Counted from the first letter of the whole stretch, positions 37,756-50,900 are shown. The stretch is 61,570 nucleotides of DNA, filler included, from Sphacelaria rigidula (GCA_964200075.2; 9 parts of 9 records of this genome joined end to end with filler, not necessarily neighbours in it), one strand, 5' to 3'. Notes: generated by a model not told the origin, from the letters alone. Made by a program: numbers and translations.

Positions 37756-38692
37756 TTGTCAAGAGTCCAGCAATGCCGACCGCTACATCGCACACCCCAG
37801 ATTAACCCTTTGATCGCGAGGGTAGGTCACCTGCTGAATCGGCATCAATATTCACTTGAAAAAATTATGCCATCATCCAGGCGGGCTACCCCCACTGCGG
37901 TCTAAGGGTTCAGATGAATCATATATTGTTCTGGCCGGTGCGAACCCATTTTATTTTTGTATTAATATTTGCATTTGAGATTCACCCTGTAGGATTGAAC
38001 ATGCGGCCGGAATGACAAGGAATTTCGAAAGCAATACGAATCACGATACTGCACTCTGCTTGTACAGTCAATTTCAAACACGTTCCGCTTCCGCGCACGT
38101 TGTCTCCTGCGCGGGAGACAGAGGTCCCAAGACATTCGCCCCGCAGGCTCCTTCGTCGTGCAATTCGCGAGCGTTTATCAGATAATTGTTTTTTTTTCCA
38201 GATCCGTCCGGCCGCCTCCTTTCTTCACCGTTGGTCCCCGGTGTTTTTTATTCAGTAACTCGTTTTACATTGTGCCTCACCCCCTCATGTACCAAAACAA
38301 ATATCATCAGGATATAGTCTTTCTGAACATCGGCAAAATATTCGCTGTACAGTCGGCGAAGAAACCCTTTCTCTGATGAGAAGTCTCCCCACTGCTTCGC
38401 TCTAAATCTCAGGCTTTTCACCCAAAAGTCATCGAACAAAAATTATTCAGAAATCGTGAGTAAATTTCGGGTCACCGAACAAATGCTGTCGAAAAGACAT
38501 CTTATTGCGGCCGCAACGCGGGACCGGTAGTCGCAGCACGCCAGCCTCGTAGTCGCAGCACGCCACTAGATCAATTTCGAACTTGATTATTTACGTAATT
38601 TCAGCGCGTCGGACGAGTCATTACTCGCCGAAACGAGTGCAGTTGTCGGTGTTTTTAATACACACAACGAGCAATGAGTAGAATACTCCCCC

Positions 38693-38933
38693 TGACTGCT
38701 GCCGAGATAGCCCCCCCTCTAAACCGGCGAAAAAAGTGCACCGAGGCGATGATCATAGATGCCGTTTGAGCTGGTTTCGTGCTGCACGACGCCATTCATG
38801 TGGGCTGATTTTGGACTGCTACACGCCTCTCATGTGGGCGAAGTTGCTGCAAACGAGCCTAAGAGTGGAATCGCAGCCGGTTCGTCGGACGGTCTCCAGT
38901 GCACTTTTTGTGGGGGGGGCTATCTCGGCGTCA
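38693..38933. mobile_element. Small MITE-like insertion in the degenerate edge of the array
   Basis: Inverted ends GCCGAGATAGCCCCCCC..AAAAAGTGCAC / GTGCACTTTTT..GGGGGGGCTATCTCGGC; CTCCCC on both flanks (possible TSD). Confidence 0.55.
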
Positions 38934-39322
38934 CTCCCCTGTTCATTTTCCACAACAAGCAATGCGTCGAGTGCTCGCGCTAGTAGCTTGTCCACAAGCG
39001 GCAGTGGCTCGAGTATTTTTCGCATGACGTTTTTCACAATGAGCATACGACTCGAGGTCACGCCTTTTAAATTATTCCACAACGGGCGATGGCTCTGGTA
39101 CCCGCCGTATTACCTATTCGACAGCAAACACCAACTCGGGTACTCGCCTGTTTAGTTGTTCCGAGACAAGCAACGACTCGATTACTTGCATTTTCAAGTT
39201 CTCCACAACAAGCAAACATTCGAGTGCCCACCCTGTTGATATTTCGCACACCGGACGAGTCAGTAGTCGTCAAGACGAGTGAACTCGCGCTTTTCCCCTC
39301 AAAACACCACGAGCTTTGTTTT

Positions 39323-40940
39323 TCACAACGAGCAATGACTCGGGTGTTCTGGTCTTGATTTTTTTCTCACAACGAGCAATAAGTAGTGCGTTTCAGTCAT
39401 ATTGCTTTTAAAAACGAGTGATGACTCGTGTGCTGGAGTAATGTAATTTTATTTACAACAAGCAATGAGTCGTGTGCTCGAGTCCTTTGATTCTTGACAC
39501 AACAAGCAATAACTCGGGTGTTCGGGTGCTCGTCCTTTTTCACGACGACCAATGACCGTGTTCTAGAGTCCTCTTGTTTTTCTCACAAATAGCAATAACT
39601 CGGGCGCTCGAGTCACGATGTTTTGTTCACAACGAGCGATTACTCGTGCGCTTGGGTCACTATTTTTCGTCACAAAGATCGATGACTCTTTTACTCCAGT
39701 CCTGTACTTGTTTGTCACAACTCTCAATGACCCGTGTTCTATGGTCATGTATAATTGGTCACAACGAGTAATGGCTCGTGTGCTCAATTTTGTTTTGTTT
39801 TCGTAACAAGAGATGACTCGTGTTCCGGAGTATATTGTTTTATCACAACGAGCAATGGCTCGGGAGTTCAGGTCTTGTTTTTCTTTGCACAACGAGCAAT
39901 GACTCGTGCGTTTCAGTCATTTCGTCTTTGTCCCAACGAGCAATGACTCGTGTTCCAGAGTGTATTTTTCGTCACAACGAGCAATGGCCCGGATGTTCGA
40001 GTCTTTTTTATTTTTTCACAACTAATAATGATCCGTGTTGTAGGGTCATGTATTATTGGTCACAACGAGCAATGACTCGTGTGCTCGAGATTATTTGATT
40101 TCGCTACGAGCGATGACTCGTGTCCTAGAGTATGTTTTTTTGTCACAACGACCAATGACCCGGGTGCTCGAGTCATGATGCTTTGTCAACAACTAGGAGT
40201 GACTGGTGCGCTTGAGTCATTCTGTTCCGCCACAAAGATCGATGACTCTTGTGCTCCAGTCAGGTATTTTTTGTCACAACTAACAATGACCCGTGTTCTA
40301 AGTAATGTGTTATTGGTCACAACGAGCAAGGACTCGTGTGCTCGAGGGTTTTTGTTTTCGCAACGAGCGCTGACTGGTGTTCCGGAGTATAGTTTTTGTC
40401 ACAGGAAGCAATGACTCGGATGTTCAGGTCACGCATGATTTGCACAACGAGCAATGACCCGTGTTCTAGAGTCCTCTTGTTATTGTCACAAAGAGCAATG
40501 ACTCGGGTGCTCGAGTCACGAAGTTTTGTTCACAACGAGCAATTACTCGCGCGCTTGGGTCACTTTTTTTTGTCACAATGATCGATGACTCTTTTACTCC
40601 AGTCCTGTATTTGTGTGTCGCAACTAACAATGACCCGTGTTCTATGGTCATGTATAATTGGTCTCAACGAGTGATGACTCGTGTGCTCGAATTTTTTTGT
40701 TCTCGTAACAAGAGATGTCTCGTGCTCCGGAGTATATTGTTTTATCACAACGAGCAATGACTCGGGTGTTCAGGTCTTCGTCTTTTTTCACAACGAGCAA
40801 TGAGTCGTGCGTCCCAGTCATTTCGTCTTTGTCCCAACGAGCAATGACTCGTGTTCCAGAGTGTATTTTTCGTCACAACGAGCAATGGCCCGGGTGTTCG
40901 AGTCTTTTTTATTTTTTCACAACTAACAATGACCCGTGTT
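39323..40940. repeat. Tandem array of ~37-38 units of ~43 bp with a palindromic core and a ~900-bp higher-order duplication
   Basis: Core TCACAACGAGCAATGACTCGTGT followed by a T-rich variable part; 39541-40040 is repeated at 40443-40940. Degenerate units extend back to about 38660. Confidence 0.92.
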
Positions 40941-41014
40941 TATAGCCTCTACCAGACGATCTGGACAAGAGGGCTATTCAGTGAGGGACTTCTCCAGAAT
41001 CGACAGGCCTCACG

Positions 41015-41114
41015 NNNNNNNNNNNNNNNNNNNNNNNNNNNNNNNNNNNNNNNNNNNNTTAATTAATTAANNNNNNNNNNNNNNNNNNNNNNNNNNNNNN
41101 NNNNNNNNNNNNNN
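41015..41114. other. Artificial contig spacer
   Basis: N44-TTAATTAATTAA-N44. Confidence 0.98.
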
Positions 41115-41189
41115 TTTTGGATGAGATGAGGGGCTCCTAACAATTCTAACCTCAGAAATTATTTCTGTACCCCTACTGTAGCATCACTC
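41115..41189. mobile_element. MITE family A, right end
   Basis: Matches 9489-9563. Confidence 0.8.
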
Positions 41190-41293
41190 AGGAATGACGT
41201 GTCTGGCGTCTGCACGAAACAGTGGCGTGTTTCTGAAACTCCGCGTATGTAACCGCAGGGTCGTGACGAAGACCGAAAGTTTCATCCAATCTA

Positions 41294-41669
41294 TTTCAGA
41301 TGCACACACACGGCCATTTGGCTACACCCCAGAATGCCTCCAGAGGGATGCGCGGCCCTCCAGGGGGAAAACAAGCCTCCGGAGGCCTTCCATCCCTCTA
41401 GAGGAGACCAAACTCCACCGACCCGGAGGGTCACGCACCCCTCCGGAGGAATTTCGGGGTATGCGCGGCCTTCCGGAGGCGAGAATAAGCCTTCGGAGGC
41501 GTATAATCCCTCTGGAGGGAACCAAACAATCTACTCTGGAGGGTCGCGCACCCCTCCGGAGGCATTTAATTCCTCTGGAGGCTCGAAAAGTGTACCCACC
41601 TGGAGGGAGTTTGGAGGTAGCCAAATGGCCGCGTGTGCAGGGTGCGCATTAGGTGGTGTACATCTGAAG
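41294..41669. mobile_element. MITE with TA flanks and internal CCTC(C/T)(G/A)GAGG repeats
   Basis: TTCAGATGCACAC / GTGTACATCTGAA termini, inner IR CGGCCATTTGGCTAC / GTAGCCAAATGGCCG, TA on both sides. Confidence 0.7.
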
Positions 41670-41859
41670 TAGCAAGCAGTATGGGCCGTGGAAAAGAGCT
41701 TCCAACAAGATGCCGCGACCGGCGAGCCGCCCGCCACTTGTGGCTTTGGATGATACCGTTATCCCCACCACCTTGCCACACAGCCCTTTGTGGTCGGCGT
41801 TGGCCGCCACTTCCCCCCTTGATGCATGCGGCAAATTCTCTTCGAAGGGTATCAGCGTG

Positions 41860-43750
41860 CGGCACGCATGTGTCCCGCGGAATCGGCCGTCATAGGCCCT
41901 TCGGCAGCGAACACCCATGGCATGACTCCAGCTCTCCCTCAAGCTCTACATCAATAGCATCAGCCGTTTCCCGTGGCAGTACCTCGTTTAGGTGATCGTA
42001 CGATTGATGGAACAAATTAATGTTGGCGGGACCATTGAGGCGTAAAACGCCAGGGGCTAGCACAGTATTGGCAAATTCGTTTGCAGGTGAATCAAACTCA
42101 CGGTCGAACGAGCTTGGGGACGACGAGAGGCGAGTAGCATGGGTTGTGTTCACGTTCCCTTCGCGAGGGAAAACCAAATCCTGCCCACTATTCATGGGTA
42201 CACGTACTCCTGACTTATGTACCAGTGGTGGGTGGCCATTGTCAGCAGCCACCATGAGGGGGAAAACGTTAAAATCTAGCATAGGTACGTGTGCTACTTT
42301 TCCGAGATGTAGTCGGAAGTCAAATACCTCAGAGTGAAAAAGTAAAGGCAAACTACCATACCCCTCGATGGGAAGTGCTGTACCATTTGCAATGGTCAAC
42401 CCGACGATACCGTCGGTCTTAACATAGTTGGACATGCCCTCCTTCATTGGAGTAGTCATACACGACGACCCACTATCCGCTATCCATATTTCACCCCCCT
42501 CATGGTTTGCTTGTGCCAACATAGCCTTCTCCCTAGACAACAATCAAAGATACAATTTCGCCTGATGTTTATTGTGCAATAAATGCCCCGTTGGTGTGGT
42601 TGAATCTCATGTCTTGTACCGCCACGGCTGATGTCTCCTGTCGAGGGCAGTCATTCGCAACATGACCAAGCTGGTCACAACTGTCACACTTCGCCTTTGG
42701 ACAGTAGCGGCTGATGTGTCCGGGCTCATCACAGCGCCAACACTTTCGAGTTTCCAATCTTGACGCAGGGGGTACAGTACCCCCTGGTTTCGGTGCCATC
42801 GTCGAAGCAGAAGTCGATGTCGGCTCGTTGTTGTTGTTTATTGGTCCGGCCGGAGCGATTCCCTCGCCCCCTGCCGTTGCCACCATCACGCTTGCCACGA
42901 CCATTACCGCGGCTGGTCGCGACGAACAGAGCACGGCTGCTGCTTCCCTTCCCGGTCGGTTTCAGGGGCAAGTATTTCCCTCTGACAGCTGCCCTCATTT
43001 GCGCTCGCGAAACAACGTGTCCAGCAGAATAGCGCATGGGGTCGAGAACGGTGTCATATTCAGGAGGTAATACTGACATCATCTTGACAGTTACCACCTT
43101 ATCTGAAACGCCACAACCTTTTACATGCATCTCCGCGCCAACGTTCTCGATCTCAAGGAACGCATTTTCGGGGCCAGTTCCCGTCTTGTGCTGTATAGCA
43201 TTCACGTTTCAAGCAACGCCACCCCAGCACCCATAGAAACCGGAGAGTAGTGATCCTCCCATTGTGACCACGCGAGTGAAGGCGAACCACACCGTAGAAC
43301 GATTTGAAAACTGACATCGTCTTTCATTGCCCCCAACAAAAAGTGGTATGCCAGCTTTGCCGCTATAACCTCACGGCGTGAGATCCCGAACTCCGTCGGT
43401 CTCGCAGACATCATAGGACATACTTGAATTCGTAAATTTGTAGTGAGCGCTACGTCCAACCCATGTAAAGAAAGAGTATACGTGGTTTTACTCCACATAG
43501 CCCAGTCACTCAACTTTCTAGAAAAACGCATCGGTTTGACATCAAGCTTGCCGAAATATGAATACGAGAGGTTGGGTAGGTCATTCGTTTCATCATCATG
43601 CTCAGCTACATCATCATCATGTTCCATATCACGGAACATGTCACCACCGCCGGAATCAAAATCGAATCCAAGGCCACCTGGACCAAATAACGACTATCTA
43701 TCTACGTGGGGGTATTCACCTGAAGCACGTTCACGCCAATCTTCCACCAC
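41860..43750 (-). mobile_element. Decayed Ty1/Copia gag-protease-preintegrase fragment
   Basis: Gag (LPPEYDTV), two CCHC knuckles (CWRCDEPGHISRYC, CDSCDQLGHVANDC), protease WIADSGSS, GAG-pre-integrase HQSYDHLN...CHGCSLPK. Frameshifted. Confidence 0.9.
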
Positions 43751-43847
43751 ATCTCCTGGTCGAACACCGTCAGAGCGTGTTCGGCCACCGAGCTCATGAT
43801 CAACTCCACTAGTCGTTGACCTACGTGCAGCCCTGCTGCGTACAGGC

Positions 43848-44103
43848 TATGACGCCAGTAGATTGCTAGTACTGCAGCGTTTAATGCTGTTGAGGAACTC
43901 CCCAGTTCCACTGGCCTCAGGTTTCAGTTGTTGGCCTTCACAACACCTTTTATTATCCTGGAGTCACCTTCCAAGGCACCCACCTAGACACGCCAGGGCA
44001 TCAACCTAGTGTCCCCGGTCATTACCCAGACCATCACTACAAATCCCAAGTCATCATCTATATCATCACCATATACTCAACGTGACGGCGTGATTTCGTC
44101 GCA
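43848..44103 (-). repeat. 3' LTR of a chromodomain Gypsy element
   Basis: TGCGACG...CGTCATA on the minus strand, preceded by a short G-rich tract after the pol stop; homologous to 47077-47283. Confidence 0.8.
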
Positions 44104-44182
44104 GCACCCCCAAAGCGCGTTGGACGAGATTCAAGCAACAAGCTTGACACTCAGAAAAATAACGCCAACCCGATTGAGCAAG

Positions 44183-47076
44183 TCACAACTGAATCCCAAA
44201 CTCACGCGTGATACTAGCAGCAATGGAACGAGTCACTCGCACCTTACGCAACTCCTTTTTGAGAAGTTCTGGAGCGGCCTCGAGAATATTGTTAAAAGGC
44301 TCCCACGTACGCTCCTCGACTTCAAAACCTACCCAGTCGATCAAGACGATCAACGAACGACCCTCTGCCTCTGCCACGCGAACAATCCCAGCCATCTGAA
44401 ATTGCCCCTGGATGAAAGCGTGCTGAAACACATCCTTTACGTTTGCCGTTACATCAAGCTGTGAGTCTGCATAAAAACGCAGACGAGCTCCATGGGCGGT
44501 CTGAACACGACCCGAAACAATGTTTTGGATCTCAAACACATGCGGGTGATGAGCACCAACCACTCCACGGACCAGTCCACGTCGCCATCACTTTAGGCGT
44601 AACTCCCGGGCGACGCACGCGTGCATACAAAACATAACCGCCTGCCCCGAAATTCGGCAATATCAGCCCCGACGAGGACCCCTCACGTCTACGCGCACGT
44701 TCAGCGGCAATACGCTCCTGCACTTGAACGTGGAAACGTTCCTGCAACTCCAAAACTCCTTGCAACGCACGCTTGAGTTGCGCATCGTCTAAAACATCAC
44801 AGTTCCACTCCCCCGCCGATGAGGACGCCAACACCGAGAAAGACGTCCGGGGTGTAAGACCAAACATCACGTGATACGGCGTACTATCCTACCGACGGCG
44901 ATATGCTGTATTTAACGCCCATTGCACCGCGGGCAACACGTCCACCCACTCGTTCACCTCTCGACGCTGCTTGAGAAGAGTAGATCGAAGAGCACGAACT
45001 ACTTCCTTGAACATGCGTTCGCACGTGCCGTTAGACCACGAAGAATATGCCACCGCAAACCGGTAAACAAGGTGTAATGCCTCACGAAGCGGGTCAAGAT
45101 CGTGTTCTTGAAATGCGTGGCGGTATCACTCACCCACACACGGGGCACCCCCAAAGTTTTACACCAATCCAGCAAAGATGCAGCGGTCGATTCGGCAGTA
45201 CACACTGCTACTGGTTCCAGAGCCACAAAGTAGCTCAAATCATCCATGATTACCAAAATGTATCGAATCCAGCATCCTCCAACAAACCTTGGGAGGCTAG
45301 CGGGCCACTCTCGCCCACGTACAAGAAGTCAAAATGAACGACCTCATTTGGCGTGGTCCCATGGACCGTTTCACCGAGCGGGCGGGGAACAACATCGCCC
45401 GCCCTAGAATCAGCACAGTGAAGACACAGTTGGACAAACTCGCACACCTGAGTTTCCATTCCCTGCCAAACACAAAACGTTTGCAAGCGCACGAGCGTTG
45501 CAGCCACACCGCGATGCCCGGCATCGCGCATGTGCGCACAAATCATCAAACGTATGTGAAATTTTTCGTCGGAGCTGGGAATCCACAATACGTTTCGGCC
45601 ACGCACATGCACACAAAACAAACGCTCATTGTCCAAATAGTAGCACCAACATCCATCCGACTCGAAGGATTGCACATCCGCATCACTGGCCCCAACTTCT
45701 TTTCGTTGAGCTTGGCGGACCACAGATTTCAATGGCATCGAATCATCCGCTTCACACGGACCAGGTACAGTCACAGCTCGCGCGGGCAGAGTGGGAATAT
45801 TTACCCAGCGCGACAGCAAGTCACGCCACGCGTTATGTTCACGCGAAACATGACAAATCGTGTACTGATACTGGTCTAATACACCTTTCTACCCCTCCAG
45901 TTGCTGTGCCAACGCCTTCGACACAGACGTCACGCATGCCTCCGGATTGAAAATGTACTCGGTGATTCGTGAAATTGTGCACGCCATTCCACAATAGATG
46001 ATCGAGACGACGAAAAGTGCTCACGATGGCAAAACCTGCCTTGTCAATGGTTGCCCAACGCATCCGTGAACCCTTGAAACTATCACTCAGAAAATCCAGC
46101 GGTTCATGCGTCATATCTTCAACCGGCAACCGTCGTTGCATTTCTGCATCAGGCACCTGCGTGACAAAACTACCCCAATGACACTCGGATGCATCGGGAA
46201 ACATCAGCACCTGGTAACCGGGGCGGGGATGGAACAGCGTCACGGCATGAGTGACCAGATCCTTCGCTGCCGCCCATGCCTGCAGCCTGTCCTCCGTCCA
46301 CGATGCGGGCGGAAAAACGCGGTTTTTGGCCACCTGCTTGGTGCGCCTTGCAGCCCCCACCATGAGTTCTTCTAGGAAAACGCGCAAGGGCGTCACTACT
46401 TCAGCCATACGTGGCAACGAGGTACCCAACCAGTTCATTGCGTGCAGGAATTGCATTAGTTCTTCTGCTGTTTCTGAACGCCGCATGTCAGACAAACCTC
46501 GCAAGCGGACCGGGTCATACGAGACGCGGCTGTGTGAATATACTTTCCCACACCACACTAATTCACTAGCAAAAAAGGTACACTTGTGGGCAGCTGCAAA
46601 CAGGCCAACACTCTCTGAGCGAGCCAAGATTGCATCAAGCGTATCCAACAGTTCGTGTTCCGTATCCGCGAAGAAAAAGACACCATCCACCCAGATCTTG
46701 CATTTCAAGCCATCTAAAAGGTCTACCGTGACACCTTGAAAATAGGACGTAGCATTCAACACGCCTTGCGGTACTCTTTGCGGGGTAAACATGCCAAACG
46801 GAGTCGTGCTGGTGAATATCTCTTGTGCCTCTTAGGCCAACGGCATTTGCCAGTACCCCTGTAGGAGGTCCAACTTCCCGAAGCATCGCGCGCTCAACAG
46901 GTCTATCATGTCGGATTCCTGATTAGGCATGACATTTGGCGACTTCTCCACCTGATCATTGACGGCTCCGTAATGGCTGACAAGACGGAAAGAGTCCTTC
47001 TCCGGCACCGTAATCGCTGGACTGGACCACACCGCCTGTAGATTCCTGAAAACCATCCCAAACGCCACAAGAGCTC
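44183..47076 (-). mobile_element. Decayed Ty3/Gypsy pol (RT-RNaseH-integrase-chromodomain)
   Basis: LDLLQGYWQMPL, VPQGVLNATSYFQ, IWVDG, MFPDASECHWG, HMRDAGHRG..CLHC, WVSDTATHF, WTGPW, DWVGFEVEERTWEP. Several stops and frameshifts. Confidence 0.93.
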
Positions 47077-47283
47077 TGTGACGAAATCACGCCGTCACGT
47101 TGAGTATATAGATGATGACATGGACACAGGGGTGATACCCTGATGTGGTTTATGGAGCCGCCTGGAGGGTCACTCCTGAATAATGAGATGTTGTGAAGGC
47201 TGACGACTGAAACTGAGGCCAGTAAGACTGGGGAGTCCCTCAACAGCAGTGATCCAACAGTGCTTCCACTGGCTGGCGTCACA
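47077..47283 (+). repeat. 5' LTR of a second, same-family Gypsy copy in opposite orientation
   Basis: TGTGACGAAATCACGCCGTCACGTTGAGTATAT...GGCGTCACA (TG..CA termini, 7-bp inverted ends). Confidence 0.8.
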
Positions 47284-47595
47284 ATATCGGTATTAGTGCT
47301 AGTGCTGGTGCTGGTGTTAGTGCTAGAAATCTGCTGAAAAGAATTCGGCGGAAGGAGTTTGGTAGCTGTGGAAACCTGATAACCCACGCACGCGTGGAGA
47401 GGGTTCCAGCTGAGGCAGCTGCAGAAAGGTGGCTGGCCTGTGATTGATCCAGACTAGAGACTTGCTGAAGCTGCGTGCAGCGGGACTTTGGAGGCTCGTA
47501 CGACTGTGTGGTGTGGCGACGAAGTAAGGAAAGTGCAATTCGCGAAGGTCCGCTGGCCTGCAGAGGTTCGCAGGTAGCCGGTTACAGCTATAGCT

Positions 47596-47795
47596 ATGGC
47601 TACCGGTTCACGAGGTACGTTCACCGTGACACACGTTGTCATGCGGGGAGAATTTCGACCTCCCCAATACGGGGACATGTACCCAGAGAGTGCATCTCGC
47701 ACTTTTTATACAAAATACTTGGAGTACAAGAGGCGTGTAGAGCACGCTAATGCAGGGGGTGCCGTGCGGCATCAGGTGGTAACTATGGCACAACA
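47596..47795 (+). mobile_element. Probable gag N-terminus of the second Gypsy copy
   Basis: ORF MATGSRGTFTVTHVVMRGEFRPPQYG...FYTKYLEYKRRVEHAN about 310 bp after the LTR; assigned by position. Confidence 0.55.
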
Positions 47796-47866
47796 AAACA
47801 AATTGTGCGAATTGAGGTTTAACTCCGAGATGAGGTTCAAGCCTAAAACAGTGCTTTCCCCACACT

Positions 47867-47966
47867 NNNNNNNNNNNNNNNNNNNNNNNNNNNNNNNNNN
47901 NNNNNNNNNNTTAATTAATTAANNNNNNNNNNNNNNNNNNNNNNNNNNNNNNNNNNNNNNNNNNNN
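47867..47966. other. Artificial contig spacer
   Basis: N44-TTAATTAATTAA-N44. Confidence 0.98.
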
Positions 47967-50900
47967 GCTTTCAACGACGCTCTGACTCGAAATTTCGTGC
48001 AACAAATGGCCCAAAATACCCCCCCCCCTATCGTAGGATGACTCGAGAGTGGTGTGTAGATCCCGCTGTGGCCGTTTCTGCTGTTGAAATATACAATGTC
48101 TTCGGTGAGATCAGTGATTCGTCTCAAGGCGGAGCTGTCGATGGGTTGGGCCGAGATGGGCAAGCGAGACAGAAAATCAGCGTTTACGTTTTGAGGTCCT
48201 GTTCGATACTTTAGCGTGAAGTTATAAACAGACAGGATTTCAAAATAGTGTTGAACCCGGGGCGTTGTGTTCGGCCATTTTGGCGAGGTTTTCTAAACAC
48301 TTATGATCTGATAAATCACGAACGGAATATCACACAAATACTGACCGAGATGTCTCACTTCCCAAACAATCACACCGGCCTCTTGCTCCATGGTCGACCA
48401 GTTTTGTTCGTTTGGGTAGGTGGTTCGAATCAAATATACAATGGGGCGAATATTAGCATCTGGTTCTTCCTGTTCCAACGTGTAGCCAAACCCAATTTTG
48501 GAGGTATCCGTGTGAAGTCGGAACGGATGTGAACTATTCTCAGCGGCCGATCAGTCTGGGGAAAACAAGAACGGTGGTCGCGAAAGTGTGTCAGGCAGTT
48601 GACGTCCAGGTTTCTCCGTTTCCGAAGTAAACGCAAATTTCACTCCTTTTTTGAGAAGGGAGGTGAGAGGTTTGAGGATTTGGGCTAGGTTCGGCAAATA
48701 CTGTCGGTACTAGCTCAAACCGCCGAGCAAGAAGCGCAGTTGAGATATATCGCGTGGCATGGGCATATCTGTAAGTGCGGCAACCTTGTTGAGGTTTGGA
48801 CTACGACCTTCAGAAGTGATGCAATGGCTCAGGAATACCATGCTGGTCGCTCCGAGGCGGGATTTGGACGGGGCAAGTTTCAAGTGGTGTTGTTCGAAGC
48901 GAGCGAAGAAAGACGCCAAGCGCTCGACGTCTTCGGAAGAGGTGCTTCGGGATAATACTGCGTCATCGAGGTACATATAGCACTTGCACAATCCATCAGT
49001 CACACAAAACATCACACGTTCAAATGCACCGAGGGCGCCGGCGGCACCTTGTGGTATTACCAACCATTCGTACAGGCCTAACGGTGTCCAAAACGCCGTC
49101 AGTTCTTTGGATTGCGGATCTATCACAAGTTGGTGGTAGCCGGACTGCATGTCGAAATCCGAAAATACTTTACCCCCGCCGAGAGAGTCAATGATTTCAT
49201 CTATCCGGGGAAGAGGCAGACGTGCGATTTTGGTGACTGCGTTCAATCGTTGGCGATTGACTGTCAGTCTGATCTTACAGTTCTTCTCCCGGACGACAAC
49301 AAGCGGCGAGGCCCACGGGGACAGGGAGTGCCTAATTAAACCGGCAGATAAGTATCCATCGAGGACTCCCCGAATTTTATCCGCGAATAGGGGGTTTGAA
49401 CGGTACGGACGCGTAGCGATAGATGGAGTGCCATCAGGAATTTTGATCTTGAACGGTGTAGTGGTGCAACGGCCTAGATCTATGGGCGCCTTGGAAAACC
49501 GTTCAAAACATCTTGTCAGGATATAACGCAGCCTATCGATCACCGTCGGAGCCCAACCCTCACCAGATAGATCAAAAGCAATGTGTCGCAAATGTGGGGG
49601 GATATGGTCTTATAAACGTTGAAGCCTAACACGCTGCTCTGGCGATAATCTACCTAGTAATGCAGTTGGGGGGTTTCGGTCTGGTGCATTAGACGCATCG
49701 CCCACTATCATAAGGCAAGTCTTGTCTAACGGGAGAGAGTCCGCGTTGATCGAGGTGTCTGGTGACGCTTGCCGTTCGGTCGCCAGACATACGGTTGACA
49801 AGTCCATCCGTTGGAGGGGCGCCTGAGCAAAGTCCAACAACTGGCCGGGAAGTATATCGAAACATGCAGAAGACGTGAGACGGATTGATTGTCTACCTTC
49901 GTGAACGAGTACTTCGGTCTGGTCAAAGGCACCCACATCATCAGCGGACTGATTGAGGTGGATGAATTTGACCGAGTATTGTCTACTGAGGGCAGAGGGC
50001 CCGTTCCGTCTCACAAGGTTTACATGTATGAGTTGGGGTTCAGGGGACAAGGAGGCTACGTTTTCGCCAACATAGTACAGTCGGAAAGCATCACCTGTTT
50101 GTGTTGGATCATCGATATAGGCATGAGCCCCCGAAGCAGTGTCGTGATATCCCAATTTCAATCTGCCAGTCTTGGGATGATGCAAAACAAGTTTGTCCGA
50201 CGTGTATGTGTGAGTGGAAAGCCGTAGCCAACTATCACGCCCCAGCAAAACATCAACCGACATGGAATCATCGGGCACTATATGCGCCAACACGTACAAC
50301 CGAGCAGTCGGACTCATGTCATCGAACAATTGCACACTAAATCTCACTGATCGATCAACCGTAAGTGGAGTGGAGGCACCAAATCCGCCGAAAACACGAG
50401 GGGAAACCGTAGAAACGTAATGCGTGTCCGCAGCCCCCACGTTGATCATTCGTTGGCAGCAGCTGGCGGTGATGAAAGTTTGAGGCGAGCCTGAATCAGG
50501 CAATGCAAGAGCCATAAAGGGCATGTTGCATGCATTCCACGTTGTACACCTAGTTTCGTTGTGAAAGAGGAATCATCCATGATTGCAGTTCCGCTGACTA
50601 GATCCGGTCCAAAATATGTCAAGAGACCTGTGGACCAACCGCGCTTGTGATTGTAAGCGGTTGCGCTGAAAAATACACGCTGATAACCCTTCGGAGCAAG
50701 ATTTCTGTCCGAAGGTGAGTTTGGGCACGAAGCGTCTTCTGCAGTTGTTGAGAAATCTATCGAGTGTTGAATTTCGTGTACTGTAAGGGATGGACGACGC
50801 TTGGGGAGGGCAGTTGTCGTGGCTGGCCGCGACAACTATTGCGTTTGGTTGGAGATACCCTGGTCGGCAGCAACAAGTAGCGAAGCGTCAGTTTGCGAAG

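Noticed and set aside
39323..40940. CRISPR array (palindromic repeat plus variable spacer)
   Set aside because: The repeats are degenerate, the linkers are short, T-rich and related to each other, block duplications are present, no cas genes are visible, and the context is eukaryotic.
39563..40945. Repetitive ORFs (SQRAMTRV...) as a tandem-repeat protein
   Set aside because: Unit length varies and is not a constant multiple of 3, so frames shift and stop frequently.
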